A stretch of 64,000 nt of DNA from Neophaeotheca triangularis (GCA_054600435.1 BAAIJX010000003.1:496001-560000); one strand, 5' to 3'; shown: positions 12,659-24,212, counted from the stretch's first letter. Notes: generated by a model from the sequence alone, not told the origin. Program-made: numbers and translations.

Positions 12659-13678
12659 CTACTTCATAACCTGGTTCAACCTCGAAAAGCCCTCCTCGGG
12701 CGGCTGCAACCAATTCCTCCCATCATACTCATTCTCGCCCTCAATAACATGAAACGTATAAATCATCCTCCCCTTGGGACTCGTGTTCTTCTCACTCTTA
12801 TGCAGCAAATTGCCATGAATCAACACCAAAGTCCCCTTCTTCACCTCTCCCAAATCATAAACCTCTTTCTTCACCTCCTTGTCCTCCTCCAGCCCCTTGG
12901 GCCACGCCTCGCCCTCGTTGGCCGCGAACTCCGTCCCCGCGGGCCCGCCATCGGTGGTTCGGACAAAGCGGTCCCGGATTGGTGCCCGTTTGTGCGAACC
13001 CGCCGCGAAAGACAGACAGCCGTTGTCCACTGTGCAGTCTTCCAGCGCGTACCAGAAGCCCACGGCCGAGGGCGGGTTGGTGTAGAGGAAGACGGAGTCC
13101 TGGTGAGGGGGCACGCGGCCGCCGATCTCAGGCTGTTTGCAGATTATCATGCTCTGCAGGACGCGAGGGTCGTGGAAGCCAAGGTCGCGGGCTATGAGGG
13201 CGTTCTGGCGGGAGAGGGAGGCCGAGCGGAAGGGTGGAGAAAGCTCGTGCAGGTAGTGGCCGATTTTGTTGATGGCGAGGTGTTTGGGTTTTGTCAGGTT
13301 GCCGGTGTTGTCGAAAGCGTCTGATTGTCGAGGAGAGTGGTTTAGATGGGAGGGTTTATGGAATGTTTGCGGAGTTGAAGTTGACTCACCTTCTTCAAAG
13401 AAGAAACGAACTTTGTCGCCAGAGTCGAGGAAGTAGCTGTCCCCTACGTGGTCACTCTTCTCGCCTGTTGAGAAGCGGGTCATGGGGTGCTCGTCGACAT
13501 CAAAGTCTCGGAGCATCTTGTTGCTCTCGCCCATCAGTTCCGCCACTTGCTCCTCGGATAGGGCATCCGGGATCAGCAAGTAGCCGTTCTTGTCCCACTG
13601 TTCCAGTTGTTCATGCGTGAGACCGGACGCCGCCGAGCCGGCAGCCGGGTCAGACGAAGTTGTTCTCGAGGGAGCCAT
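12659..13678 (-). CDS. Phytanoyl-CoA dioxygenase family (PhyH/PHYHD1-like) Fe(II)/2-oxoglutarate dioxygenase, 316 aa, 2 exons
   Basis: HQD iron-binding motif, distal His (IHGNLLHKS), INKIGHYLH, DKVRFFFEE. ATG 13678; intron 13321-13389 (GTGAGT...CAG). Confidence 0.93.
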   Translation of the reverse strand: MAPSRTTSSDPAAGSAASGLTHEQLEQWDKNGYLLIPDALSEEQVAELMGESNKMLRDFDVDEHPMTRFSTGEKSDHVGDSYFLDSGDKVRFFFEEGESTSTPQTFHKPSHLNHSPRQSDAFDNTGNLTKPKHLAINKIGHYLHELSPPFRSASLSRQNALIARDLGFHDPRVLQSMIICKQPEIGGRVPPHQDSVFLYTNPPSAVGFWYALEDCTVDNGCLSFAAGSHKRAPIRDRFVRTTDGGPAGTEFAANEGEAWPKGLEEDKEVKKEVYDLGEVKKGTLVLIHGNLLHKSEKNTSPKGRMIYTFHVIEGENEYDGRNWLQPPEEGFSRLNQVMK

Positions 13679-14194
13679 GGTGGAGGTATGAGACTGGAGA
13701 CTGGAGACTGCTGATGCAGCAAGACGAAGACGTAGAAGGTACCTAGGTAGGCGATGAATCAGTTGGCTCGGTGATATATGTTGGCCGTGTTTGTTGATTG
13801 CTTGTTGACAGGGCCACAGGCCATCTGATGAAGTTTCAGAGCATTCAGATGATGATTGACCGAACGAAAGAGCAAGTAGCAAAACAGAGAGAGGTAAGTT
13901 AAGGTACAAGTAATCATTTAATAATCCATCTCGGCATGCCGATACAGGTACCTTGGGGAGACACGGCGAGTCGCCCCGATATCGCTTATCGCCTCTAGCA
14001 GCCCCACCTCCGCCGCCCTACGGCTTTCCGCTTGACACCACCGACACACCTCCCAAACCTCCCCCGTGGGACAACTTCAACTGCTCTTGAGCTTATCGAT
14101 AAGAGACCCCCCTGGCACTCGAGTCCAGCGGACCCAACTCACAACCACCTCTGCGAACCACATTCCCAACAACCCCACCACCTCGCACCCAACA

Positions 14195-14813
14195 ATGGAC
14201 CCCAATCCCCTCCCCAACGCCCCGTCATCTCCCCCCAAACCAGCAATCTGGCGCTACGTCCTGGGGTTCCTCCTCGTCGGCATGGCCTGGGGCCTCACAA
14301 CCCCCTTCATGCGCAAAGCCGCTATAATCCGCGACGCGGCGCCCAAAACACAGCGACCATGGCTCGCGGACCCGCATACATCCTGGTTTAAACGTAGAAT
14401 TTACACGATCCTGTACGCGGTGCTGGATTTGCTCAGGAGTCCGGGGTACGCTGTGCCGCTGCTTGTGAATGTCACGGGGAGCGTGTGGTTTTTTCTGTTG
14501 ATTGGGCAGGCTGGTGAGTTTTCTTTGAGTTTCTTGCTTGTGTTGATGGGGTGGTTTAGTTTTGAGGGTTGTTACTGATGTTTGAGGTTGTGGTAGAATT
14601 GAGTTTGACAGTGCCGATTACGAATTCTTTGGCTTTTCTGTTTACAGTTCTTGGGGAATGGTATGCGGAAGGGAAAGTGATTTCGAGGGGTGAGTCCTGC
14701 ATTCTCTGCTAACCTCACGTTCTCGATACTGATGCGCTGTTCCTTCAGATACGTGGATAGGCATGGCTTTTGTCCTGGGTGGTATAGCGTTGTGTGTACA
14801 CGCTAAATCGTAG
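14195..14813 (+). CDS. TMEM234-family small multipass membrane protein, 158 aa, 3 exons (14195-14513, 14597-14689, 14749-14813)
   Basis: GFLLVGMAWGLTTPFMR, YAVPLLVNVTGSVWFF, and spliced ELSLTVPITNSLAFLFTV and DTWIGMAFVLGGIALCV. Both introns GTGAGT...AG. Confidence 0.9.
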
Positions 14814-14904
14814 TCCTTGCGCGGCATTCCTCGAATCATGGCAATTTCTATTTGCACCCAGTCGCCAGTTTCTTGTTCTTGAATGTCATGGCCAGCAGAA
14901 CTCA

Positions 14905-15290
14905 CTTTTCATTGGTCGCAAGTGGTGCCGCAGAGTGTTCGCAAGTCGCCAGGGACACGCCAAATCCCTCGCATCCATAACCCTACACCAAAGGCTAAGG
15001 CTCCCTGGCGAGCCAATTCCCGCACCGTCTAGGAGTGGCCTTTTGATTGGTCGCTATCAATCAGCGCTAGCTCATGGACATTTCCGCGCCTAGCACCGCC
15101 CCCCGCTGCATGCGCGTGAAAAAGTCCCGGCACAGGTAGTAAACGCCAGGGACACCCCAAGGTCTCGCTTTTCGAACGACAGGCCAGCATCCCTGGCCAG
15201 CCGACACGCAACCCAACCTGAGTCTGATCTTTTGATTGGTCAATGAGGAGAACCGCTAGCCTGTGGACGTTGTCGCTTTGGAGCCAAGCA
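14905..15290. repeat. Degenerate tandem direct repeat, two units of about 190 bp, each with a TTTTGATTGGTC (CCAAT on minus strand) motif
   Basis: Shared blocks: CGCCAGGGACAC(G/C)CCAA at 14947 and 15144; CCCTGGC(G/C)AGCC at 15003 and 15191; TTTTGATTGGTC at 15041 and 15230; CGCTAGC...TGGAC at 15065 and 15254. Confidence 0.7.
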
Positions 15291-15426
15291 GGCATGCCAA
15301 ACCGCTGGAAACGCTGATTTTTGCCGGGGAGAAGGTGGCTTGGGTGACATGACCGAATCTTAGTTTTTTAACTGTATCCCGGCGAGCTTGGAGGGACCAG
15401 AGTGAAGTGGCTTCGTCCAAGGCGAC

Positions 15427-15606
15427 GCTTCGGCTTGTACTCCCAAATATCCTTCGACTATTGCCGGGTTTCGAATTCCCACACTACCTGCTGGAGGTTG
15501 TCTCTCACTCTGTAAAACATAACTAAAGAGAAGCATTCATTAGCATCGCCGAAACTTCCTTCGTTCCAGTTTCTGATGGAATTGTGCCAGTAAGCCGAAG
15601 TTTTTT
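15427..15606 (+). ncRNA. Candidate structured ncRNA of unknown family
   Basis: 10-bp terminal stem GCTTCGGCTT (15427-15436) with AAGCCGAAGT (15592-15601), followed directly by T6; internal hairpins. Lies between two convergent genes. Confidence 0.3.
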
Positions 15607-15973
15607 GATTTGGCCTTGCCGTCATGTGTCTTGTTTTGGCAGAACTCGTGGGGGTAGGGGGTTGGTAGCAGCTTTCGCCACGGGCCTAGTTGCCCGGGAG
15701 GGAGCTCGGAGGTGGGAGGGGAGGAAGGTTGTGACTTAGAACTGGAGGACTAGAGTTCGATGTGGTCTCCGGAATGTCGAGCATATACAGGTTGATGTTG
15801 AAGGTCGCTGCGATGGGTTAACAGAGGAATTGATGGCCAGCAGCAATATATGACTACGCTTGCCTGAAGTTGGTTGCAGGCCGTGAAAGATGTGCTATGA
15901 CGATTGGAACTAGCTTGGTCATTTGCCATATCCGAAATACCATTACTTTGAAAACCTCGCTCTACCTTCAATC

Positions 15974-16891
15974 TCAAGCTTTCTCCTCCCTCGCCACAAC
16001 AATAGCAGGAAAGAACCCCTTGACAGCATTACTAAACCAAATCGTCTCCCCTCCTCTCACATCACCCACCGAAACCGCATCCTCCACCACAAGCCCCTGA
16101 TTCAACGCCCACTTCCGCGTAGTCCCCTGCAAACCAGCCCAATCACCAGCCTGCGTAACCCACCTACCACCACGAAAAAAATACGGGGTATTGATACTCC
16201 CATCCAGCACCTTACCCTCAGCCGTCCACAGCAAAACCTCCTTCGGTGCGAGCAAAGAATCAATACCAGCATCCTCACGCGCGCGCGTATACGCCAGACG
16301 GTCGGAAGTCTTGAACATAGTCGCTTCATTAGCTTCCGTGGGCTGGGAGTCAACGACACAGCGCCATTCCGTCTGCGGCCCGTCCTGGCCGTCGGCGAAG
16401 TACAAGCGGGAAGGGAAGAGTGTGGTCAGCGGCAAGCGTGCCGTGGTGCCGATTTCGATCGTCATGCGGCCTGTGACGTAGCGGCGGAGTTTGACACGCA
16501 GGCAGTCGTCGCGGTGACTTTCTGGGTTGTCGGTCTGCACTATGTAGCGGTCGATGGCGGTGAGTAGGGCTTGCAGGAGTTTGGCCGGAGTTTGGATGGC
16601 GGGGGTTTCTTCCGATTCCCGAGGGCGAGTGCTCCATGAGGCGATGCGTAGGCGCGTCCAGTGGTGTTCGAGCATGTATATCGGGGATGGGGCGCCGCAG
16701 GAGGCGGCAGTGTTGGCGGAGCTGTCTGCTAGTCTTGGGTCGTAGCGGACGGTGGTGAAGATGTAGGGGTCTTCGATGTGGCCGACTTGGTCATGAGGGC
16801 CTGTTGGTCTATCTGGGGCGTTGCCATTCTTGATGTCCTCATCGTGATTTGGGTTGGACGATGATGGTTCTAATGGCTGCTCTCCTGCCAT
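15974..16891 (-). CDS. ABZ2: Aminodeoxychorismate lyase-like PLP enzyme (aminotransferase class IV fold), 305 aa
   Basis: IFTTVRYDP, YMLEHHWTRL, FKTSDR (PLP Lys), EVLLW, DGSINTPYF, GLQGTTRKWAL and FSNAVKG match the fungal Abz2 family. Confidence 0.85.
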   Translation of the reverse strand: MAGEQPLEPSSSNPNHDEDIKNGNAPDRPTGPHDQVGHIEDPYIFTTVRYDPRLADSSANTAASCGAPSPIYMLEHHWTRLRIASWSTRPRESEETPAIQTPAKLLQALLTAIDRYIVQTDNPESHRDDCLRVKLRRYVTGRMTIEIGTTARLPLTTLFPSRLYFADGQDGPQTEWRCVVDSQPTEANEATMFKTSDRLAYTRAREDAGIDSLLAPKEVLLWTAEGKVLDGSINTPYFFRGGRWVTQAGDWAGLQGTTRKWALNQGLVVEDAVSVGDVRGGETIWFSNAVKGFFPAIVVAREEKA

Positions 16892-17407
16892 TGTTGCGGA
16901 AGAGAAATGTTAATTTGAAGTTAGTTGTCAGATGTCAATCTATTCGAAGATTCCGAAGTTTTGACTCCTCCAATGGTTCGGGAAAAAAGAAAACTTCGAC
17001 ACGAGTGGTACGAAAGGAAGGTCCACTCACTCTTTTGTGGTCTTACGGACGAATTGCCAAGGAACCAGATGTTGTACAGTCTTTGTCAAGACTATGATTC
17101 AATGGACGAGATTGACAAGCACTAACTACCTAGGGAGTGTATGGCAAATAATGTGTAGTTGAAGGCGAAGAGAGCCCAATCGTGTGCCAAGGCGTGCTTC
17201 TGCGGCAGCTCGGGAGAGCTCGACTCCAGACATCAGGTTGCTTCATCAAGTTTCTACAGGCCGACACGACCTCACATACCACCAGCCTCACCTCCACTAC
17301 CCACCTAATCCCTTCCGCCCCCTTTTCATCGTCAGCGCACACAGTGCAATTCTTATACCACATCTTTGCTCCTCGCGGCAGTCCTTACTGCTGCAAGTAA
17401 CCTGAGC

Positions 17408-19470
17408 ATGGCTTCCGCGCGTGCGAGCGCAGCAGCAGTTGATACCTTGTCGCTTCCCACATCAGCCTCCCCGGCACCTCCGTCGTCGACATGGGACAGG
17501 ATAAGCGCATGGGCGTCTGAGAACAAAGCTGCGGCATGGACGATTGCAGGTGTCACAGTCGTGGTTACAGGAGGCACGATATATTACCTCTCGACATCTG
17601 GGAAGGTGCAGGAGTCCAAACCCGTCAAAAAAGCAAAGAAGAAGGCCAAAGGCAAGGACGTCGAAAAGGGCGCTGAGGCAGAACCTGCCAAGGAAGGTAT
17701 GTCAGAGCAAGACTCGGAGATGTGTGAGAGAGTGATTGAATGGTTGGCTGATGTAATACCATGAATGCGCAGCTCCCAAGGCTTCAGTCGAGGAACCAGA
17801 GGAGCTTCCAGAGGTCACGGAGGAGTCCGTCAAACAACTCGGCGAGCAAGAGCGGAAGGACTACGCCGGCAAGCTCAAGGCTGCTGGCAACAAGGCATAC
17901 GGCTCCAAGGACTACAACCGCGCTATCAATCTCTACGGCCAAGCAATTCTCTGCAAAGCTGACCCCGTCTTTTACTCTAACCGTGCTGCCTGTTACAATG
18001 CCCTAAGCGAGTGGGACAAGGTCGTTGCTGATACCACTGCTGCCATCAACTTGGACCCCGAATACGTCAAAGCTCTGAACCGTCGCGCGAATGCTTACGA
18101 GCAGTCCGAGCGCTTCAGCGAGGCTCTCCTGGATTACACCGCTAGCTGCATTATCGATCAATTCCGCAACGATCAGTCCGCTCAAGCTGTTGAGAGGCTA
18201 TTGAAGAAGGTTGCCGAGTCCAAGGCACGTACGATCATGAGCAGCAAGGAGAAGAAGCTTCCATCGCCTACCTTTGTCTCGAACTACTTGCAATCTTTCC
18301 GACCCAAGGACTTCCCGGCGGACTTGGCGGAATCTGCCGATCTTCCCGCGGAAAGCGGAAAATGGTACCTGCGCAGGGGACTTCAAGCTATCAAGACCCG
18401 AACAGGTGAAGGTTACGCAGAAGCCGCCGAGAGCTTTGAAAACGCCATTGAAGCTGGCGGTCTTGACGGCCAGGAGGCCTTCGCCTACAACATGCGCGGA
18501 ACCTTCAAATACCTCAAGGGCGAGAACGCTACTGCTCTCACTGACCTTAACAAATCCATTGAACTCGACCCTGCCTTGGTGCAAAGCTACGTCAAGCGCG
18601 CCAGCATGCACCTGGAACAAAGTAGGGAGGCCCTAATATTTTATGCCAGTCTACCCTTCATGCTAACAATCGCGCCTTCAGGCAACCGTGAACTTGCCGC
18701 CAAAGACTTTGAACAAGCCATCTCCCACAACGCCGAAGACCCCGACATATTTTACCACCGCGCTCAGCTCCACTTCATCTTGTCCGAATTCAATGATGCA
18801 GCATCCGACTACCAGAAGTCCATCGACCTCGACCCCGAATTCATCTTCTCTCACATTCAACTCGGCGTGACGCAGTACAAGATGGGCAGCATTGCTTCCT
18901 CCATGGCGACCTTCAGACGCTGCATCAAGAAGTTCGGCGACAAGAGCGATGTCTACAACTACTACGGAGAATTGCTGCTGGACCAACAAAAGTACCAGGA
19001 GGCGGTGGAGAAGTTCGAGACCGCCGTGGAGATGGAGAAGAAGAATGTCGGCGAGAAGGGCGGCATGAACGTTCTTCCCCTCATCAACAAGGCTCTGGCA
19101 CTGTTCCAATGGCGCCAAGACTTTGGCGAGGCCGAGAAGTTGTGCGAGAAGGCTTTGACCAGTAGGTTTTATTCCTGCGGGGGTGCCTCGATAATGCGTA
19201 AACTGACACTTTATTCCTATAGTCGACCCCGAGTGCGATATTGCCGTTGCCACCATGGCGCAGCTGCTCCTGCAACAAGGCAAGGTCATCGACGCGCTCA
19301 AATACTTCGAACGCGCCGCGGAGCTGAGCAGGACAGAGGGCGAGATTGTCAACGCTTTGAGCTACGCTGAGGCTACCAGGACGCAGCTTGAGGTGCAGGA
19401 GAAGTACCCCCAGCTCGCTAGCCGACTTCAAGGCATGGGCGCTGGCATGGGCGCGCCCGGAATGAGGTAA
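17408..19470 (+). CDS. TOM70: Mitochondrial outer-membrane import receptor Tom70, 621 aa, 4 exons (17408-17696, 17773-18621, 18682-19161, 19223-19470)
   Basis: N-terminal anchor [12 protein letters not shown]...GTIYYL; TPR repeats ([25 protein letters not shown]); [11 protein letters not shown]; spliced [19 protein letters not shown]. Confidence 0.97.
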
Positions 19471-21077
19471 AGCGCTTGAACGGGAGCTTAAACGTTTTGT
19501 GTATAGTGGCAGGAGAAAAGGTAGCTCTACAAGTGTGGACAGGCATGCCTTGAACTGGTTTTGTGTACTTTTACCATGCTGACGTGTAGTCGGTGTATAT
19601 TGAGCGTGGACATCCCCCTCTGTCTTGCATGAATTGGGGAAATCATCATCTCCAGCCTTGTCATCATCTTCAATAATGTCCGCACGAGTAACACAATGGC
19701 TTGCCGCCACACGGGCCACGTGCCTCGCCTTGCCCAACCACAAGCCCCTGCTTCGCCCTGTAGAAGCGAGTGGAGATTATTCGTATTCGAGTGAGGTGAT
19801 GTGGAACAGAACTGGAGCTCCGCCTCCGCAGCAATCATTGCAATCCCAGCGCCACAGCAATTTACGACGTCCTATGCCCCTGTCATCATCTACCTTGATT
19901 AACGCCGGTCCAAGACGTGACTAGTAATAACTACTCTTTTGTCAGTTTGTACTGCCGGCGACCCCCCGACCCCGCTAACTTGGCGGCTGGGGATGGATGT
20001 CTCCCTCTCGCTTAACGACAGTAGGTACTGGGTATGTACATGTCGACATGCACCTGGGTACTTGTTATTGAAGTACTCGGGAATTCAGAACCTTGCCAAT
20101 CACCGCAGGAGACGCAGAGTAATAAGGCGCACGGCACGAAGGGGGAGACTCGGGAGAGACTTGATGAGCGCAATGTGGGAAGGAAAGTATTAACTGGGAC
20201 TTGCTTGTGGCAGTTATTATTGTTGTTGTTTTGACAGTTGCCTACTTTAGCCTGTGGAGTTCGGGTGCCCGGGCTTCCAATCCAGATTCGGCTCGAATCG
20301 TCGGCTCTCCCACCACGGTTGGTTAATGGAGCTTGAATTTACGTCGCAACGTTGTGTAGGTACTACGACTGGTACGTCGTTTTCGTCAAAGCTCCACACT
20401 GGAGGGGAAGCAAAGGAACCTTGGGAAGAACCTTGGAAGGCTGTGTGTGCCCACCGACTACTACCGAACTGATGCCCTTGTCGCAGGCGCAAGCCACGGC
20501 AGACTCTAAGGTGGTCTTGACCTTGACTCCCGTCCTTGAGAGCCCATTTTCTTGCTTGATTGCTTCTCTCTCCCTCTCTGTCTTTGGCACTTGTCTTGTC
20601 TTGTCTTCTTCCTTTCCTCCATCCTCCCCACTCACCTCCTCCCTTCTCCCCTTCTTGATCCTCTCCTCTCCGCGCCTCGACATGGACGTCAGCGCGACTT
20701 CAAATCTAGAGCTTCTCTGTTACAACCCCGCTGGCGCTTACCGGACTCTGCTCGTCGTCGCTGTGGGGGAGACTACCTGAACCACCGAGGTGTGGAGTTG
20801 AGCTTTCCAAGTTCAAACACCTGCCCACACTTCCAAACCCTGTCCGACTTACTCGAGCACCACCCCTCCCTTCCAGAGGTGGTAGCTGACCGACCTTTTG
20901 CTCCGACCTCTACCGTATCAGACCCACCCGGGTCGCCCTCACGTGGCAGCGTGAGATAGCGCTGGTAATTAGTAGTACTACTTTTGGACTGCCAACGCGG
21001 TCGAGACTGCAACTCGCTTCTGCCGGCCAAAAAGCGAAAGCCGGACCAAACACACAAGGACGAATTCGATCGACAAC

Positions 21078-22922
21078 ATGAAGAAGCCCGGCCGCGCGTG
21101 TTTCCAGTGCCGCACCGGCAAGCGCAAGTGTGATCGCCCCGTGGGTGAGGTGTGCCAGCCTTGCGTCAAGAGGAAGCTCGATTGCAGCAGCGCCATCGTG
21201 CCGAGGCGGAATGCGCAGCTTAAGCCGGCGGCGAGCCCGACGGATACGACGGTGACTGGCAGTACGCTGGTGAATGGTAATGGCAATGGCGGTGCCGATG
21301 GACCGGGACTGGTGAGGATGCGGACAGGGAGTCAGAGTGTAGTTGATGACGGTACTGCTGCTACGGCTGGGCTCAATGGGTGGCATGGTGGACTGAAGAG
21401 GGGGAATGGAAGTGTTTCGTCACCCGGAGATTCGATGGATCCGAGGCAAAAGTTACGGAGTGATGTAGTCGTTGGTGATGGCTTGGTCGGGGACGTCAGC
21501 GAACACCTTACCATCGAGCTTGTGAGGGAATTGATTGAGTACTATCTCAGCTACATTCACGACAAGCCGCACGCTGTCATACATGCACCGACCTTGCGGC
21601 GGGATGTGGAAAACGGTATCATTACGAAGCCGTTGTTGTATAGCATTCTGGCTCTATCGGCACGGTTTCATGAATCACCGCATGTCAAGAGTTTGGGACC
21701 TAGACTGGCGGAAGAGGCGAAAACGATATTACAAAACAGTCTGGAGACTTTCACTTTGGCAAATGTACAAGCGTGGATCGTGCTAGCCAACAACTGCGGC
21801 GCAAACGCAAAGTCATCCGCCGAAGCACTTTACTTTGGCATTGCAACACGAATGGCGCATATTCTCGGCCTGCCAAACTGTCGACCAGAAGACAATGCGG
21901 TGGAGAGCGAGTTGAAGATTCGCATCTGGTGGTCTCTTTACATGATAGATCGATGGTCGGCAGCCGGACTGGGCCTGCCACGACAGATGCATGACCGGGA
22001 TAACACAATGACGCTCAGCATGGATGAATACGACTTCCACAACATGGCCATTGACCAGCCGATACTGCACATACCGCGCAAGTTAGGACTATGGGCTCAC
22101 ATGGTGACGCTTGTGGAAGTCTTCGGGCCCATACAAGACCTCAACCGCGAGCTCGCCTTCCAAGACGTCGACGACCTTTACATCGCCAGCACCGTCTCAA
22201 AATATTCAATCCGGCTAGAAGACTGGCAACACCGGCTCCCTGCCGACGCCCAACTCAACATCGACACCCTCGCATACCACAAATCTCGCGGCCACGGCAG
22301 GACCCTCGTCGCCCTGCACCTAGGCTACTACCACTACGCCACACTCCTCTACTTCCAATACCTCGACGCCACCGCACGCGCCTCTTGCGAACACGGCGAA
22401 ATCTACGCGCTCCGCTGCCGCGAGCACGCCTCGGCCTACTCAGACCTCTTGCGGACGAGCTACGAATTCGGCGAGTGCGAAGCCATGTACAACATTGTCG
22501 GACACATGACGGTCGTCTCAAGCTCCGTATTAATCCACACACTCCTCTTCGGCTCCGACTCGGAACTCGGTCTCGCCAAAGCCCGGCTGGAATCGAATTT
22601 CAAAATCCTCATGCGGCTGAAGTCCTGGTGGCCCAGCGTCGAGCAGATGATAGGCCGGCTGATCATGTTCCAGAACGCGTGTCTGCGCAGCGCTGACAAT
22701 ACGCACACGCACAAAGTGGATCGCTGGATGGTCAAGTATTTGCTCGAGCATGCGATTTTGCTGGGCGATAAGAGTGAGATGGAGTTGATGGATACGCCCA
22801 GTCCGACGAGTTTGGCTGGCGGGAGTTTGGGGCTGTTGAGTGAGAGGGGTAGATTTACGAGTAGTGCGCTTAGTGGGTTGAGGAATGATGCGAGGAGGTC
22901 TGTGGGAGGTCCTGGTTCGTAG
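21078..22922 (+). CDS. Zn(II)2Cys6 transcription factor with fungal-specific TF (middle homology) domain, 614 aa
   Basis: ACFQCRTGKRKCDRPVGEVCQPCVKRKLDC binuclear cluster; GIATRMAHILGL...RIWWSLYMIDRW. Confidence 0.95.
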   Translation: MKKPGRACFQCRTGKRKCDRPVGEVCQPCVKRKLDCSSAIVPRRNAQLKPAASPTDTTVTGSTLVNGNGNGGADGPGLVRMRTGSQSVVDDGTAATAGLNGWHGGLKRGNGSVSSPGDSMDPRQKLRSDVVVGDGLVGDVSEHLTIELVRELIEYYLSYIHDKPHAVIHAPTLRRDVENGIITKPLLYSILALSARFHESPHVKSLGPRLAEEAKTILQNSLETFTLANVQAWIVLANNCGANAKSSAEALYFGIATRMAHILGLPNCRPEDNAVESELKIRIWWSLYMIDRWSAAGLGLPRQMHDRDNTMTLSMDEYDFHNMAIDQPILHIPRKLGLWAHMVTLVEVFGPIQDLNRELAFQDVDDLYIASTVSKYSIRLEDWQHRLPADAQLNIDTLAYHKSRGHGRTLVALHLGYYHYATLLYFQYLDATARASCEHGEIYALRCREHASAYSDLLRTSYEFGECEAMYNIVGHMTVVSSSVLIHTLLFGSDSELGLAKARLESNFKILMRLKSWWPSVEQMIGRLIMFQNACLRSADNTHTHKVDRWMVKYLLEHAILLGDKSEMELMDTPSPTSLAGGSLGLLSERGRFTSSALSGLRNDARRSVGGPGS

Positions 22923-23473
22923 GCCGTCCAGGGGAAGTTGGGGGGAGGGGATAGGTTTGTGGCATGTTTACGAGGTATGAGGGATGAGGGAATGGGGCTT
23001 GCTGTTTTTTGCTGCTTTCATATTGGACTGAAAAGGTCTTTACGCGATACCACTGATCTGTTTGTATGCACTTTGTTGGAAGGACGGGGTGTAGCGGCTG
23101 GAGAGAAGCATTGGAGGATATGGACAAAACGAACGGCATTATTGTACATACATATCTTTGCGGATTACGGGGGATGGCAGCTGATGAGTCTGGCTATGAA
23201 TGACGGAATGGAATATTGTCCATGATTGTCCATTTGCCTCTACCTATGAATCGGCAGGAGAAAAAAAAAAAAGCTTCTTTCGTTACGACTTTTTGAAGAC
23301 CAACAGCACCTAAACTAAGCCTTCGATTATTACTATTGCTCGAGGGTCGAGCCATCGGATGAAATGGCTTTAAGGGGTCATGTCCCCGAGCGGTCACTTC
23401 GCTAACATATTAATAAGTTGCTCTTCCACTCTCTCCACAAAAGCTATGCTATGCTAGCACCCACAGCTGAATA

Positions 23474-24212
23474 ATGGATGGATGGATGGATGGATGCAGG
23501 TGGATCATGGAGCCCCTCGTCGCCCACCGCCCCACAATCACATGGCCCACGTAAGGTACAGGTATGTAAATTGAAGGTACTGGCATGACTGGTAAGGTAG
23601 GTAGCCACTAGCCAAGTCCGAAGCTAGGTAGGTACCTACGGTGTACAGTACCTAGACTACCAGCATACAAGCATACAAGCATACAGTATACAGCATACAG
23701 CATATATATCGCGGGGTTCAGGTACCTTACCTTACCCTTGTAGACAGAACCCCTCAGATCGTCACCACCAACTTGGAACATGGACGGCGCCTGTTGTCCT
23801 GCAACATGATATAATACAAGGTGATGATGCGGGAACATGCTAGTACCCTCGCGGATCGTCACACGTGTCGAGCGGACAACGCACCAGTCGCAGTCACACG
23901 GCGCCGGCGAGAGCGAGAGCGAGAGCGAGAGCGACCGCTTTCGAGGTTGCCCTGGCTTTGGCTTTGATGACGGCGGGCTTGAGTTGGAACTTGGCGGGTC
24001 TCGGTATAGGAGGACTACATAGTACTACCTGAAGTACTAAAAGTTGCAGGTGGACCGACTCAGGGCTTTCCGGGCTTGTTCCTGCAGGCTGCTGTGTCTT
24101 GTGGAGAGAGAGACCCACACGAGCTCGAAGCTGGGCTCGCTCTCGTTTGGAAAGGTGTATCTAGTGTAGGTATGTAGTTGGGTATATTATTATTATTGTT
24201 ATTATTATTATT
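23474..24212. repeat. Cluster of simple repeats upstream of the GH35 gene: (ATGG)n, AGCATAC-type repeat, (GCGAGA)4, (TAT)n
   Basis: Read directly at 23474-23496, 23661-23704, 23907-23934 and 24185-24212. Confidence 0.85.

Noticed and set aside
12540..12661. Stop-codon readthrough giving a cryptic PTS1 on PhyH (also checked for IDH and DUG1)
   Set aside because: Stop contexts are not TGA-CTA and the extensions examined do not end in a canonical PTS1.
14978..14985. TAACCCTA as a telomerase RNA template
   Set aside because: Only 8 nt, no pseudoknot visible, and the 1.2-kb gap is short for a Pezizomycotina TER.
15401..15606. Calling the 15.4-kb element SRP RNA or U6
   Set aside because: It lacks the UGUNR Alu motif and the helix-8 GNRA tetraloop, and has no ACAGAGAAGAUUAGC U6 core; only partial look-alikes.
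13678..17408. Two divergent gene pairs (PhyH/TMEM234 and ABZ2/TOM70) both have ATGs 517 bp apart
   Set aside because: No sequence similarity seen between the spacers; treated as coincidence.
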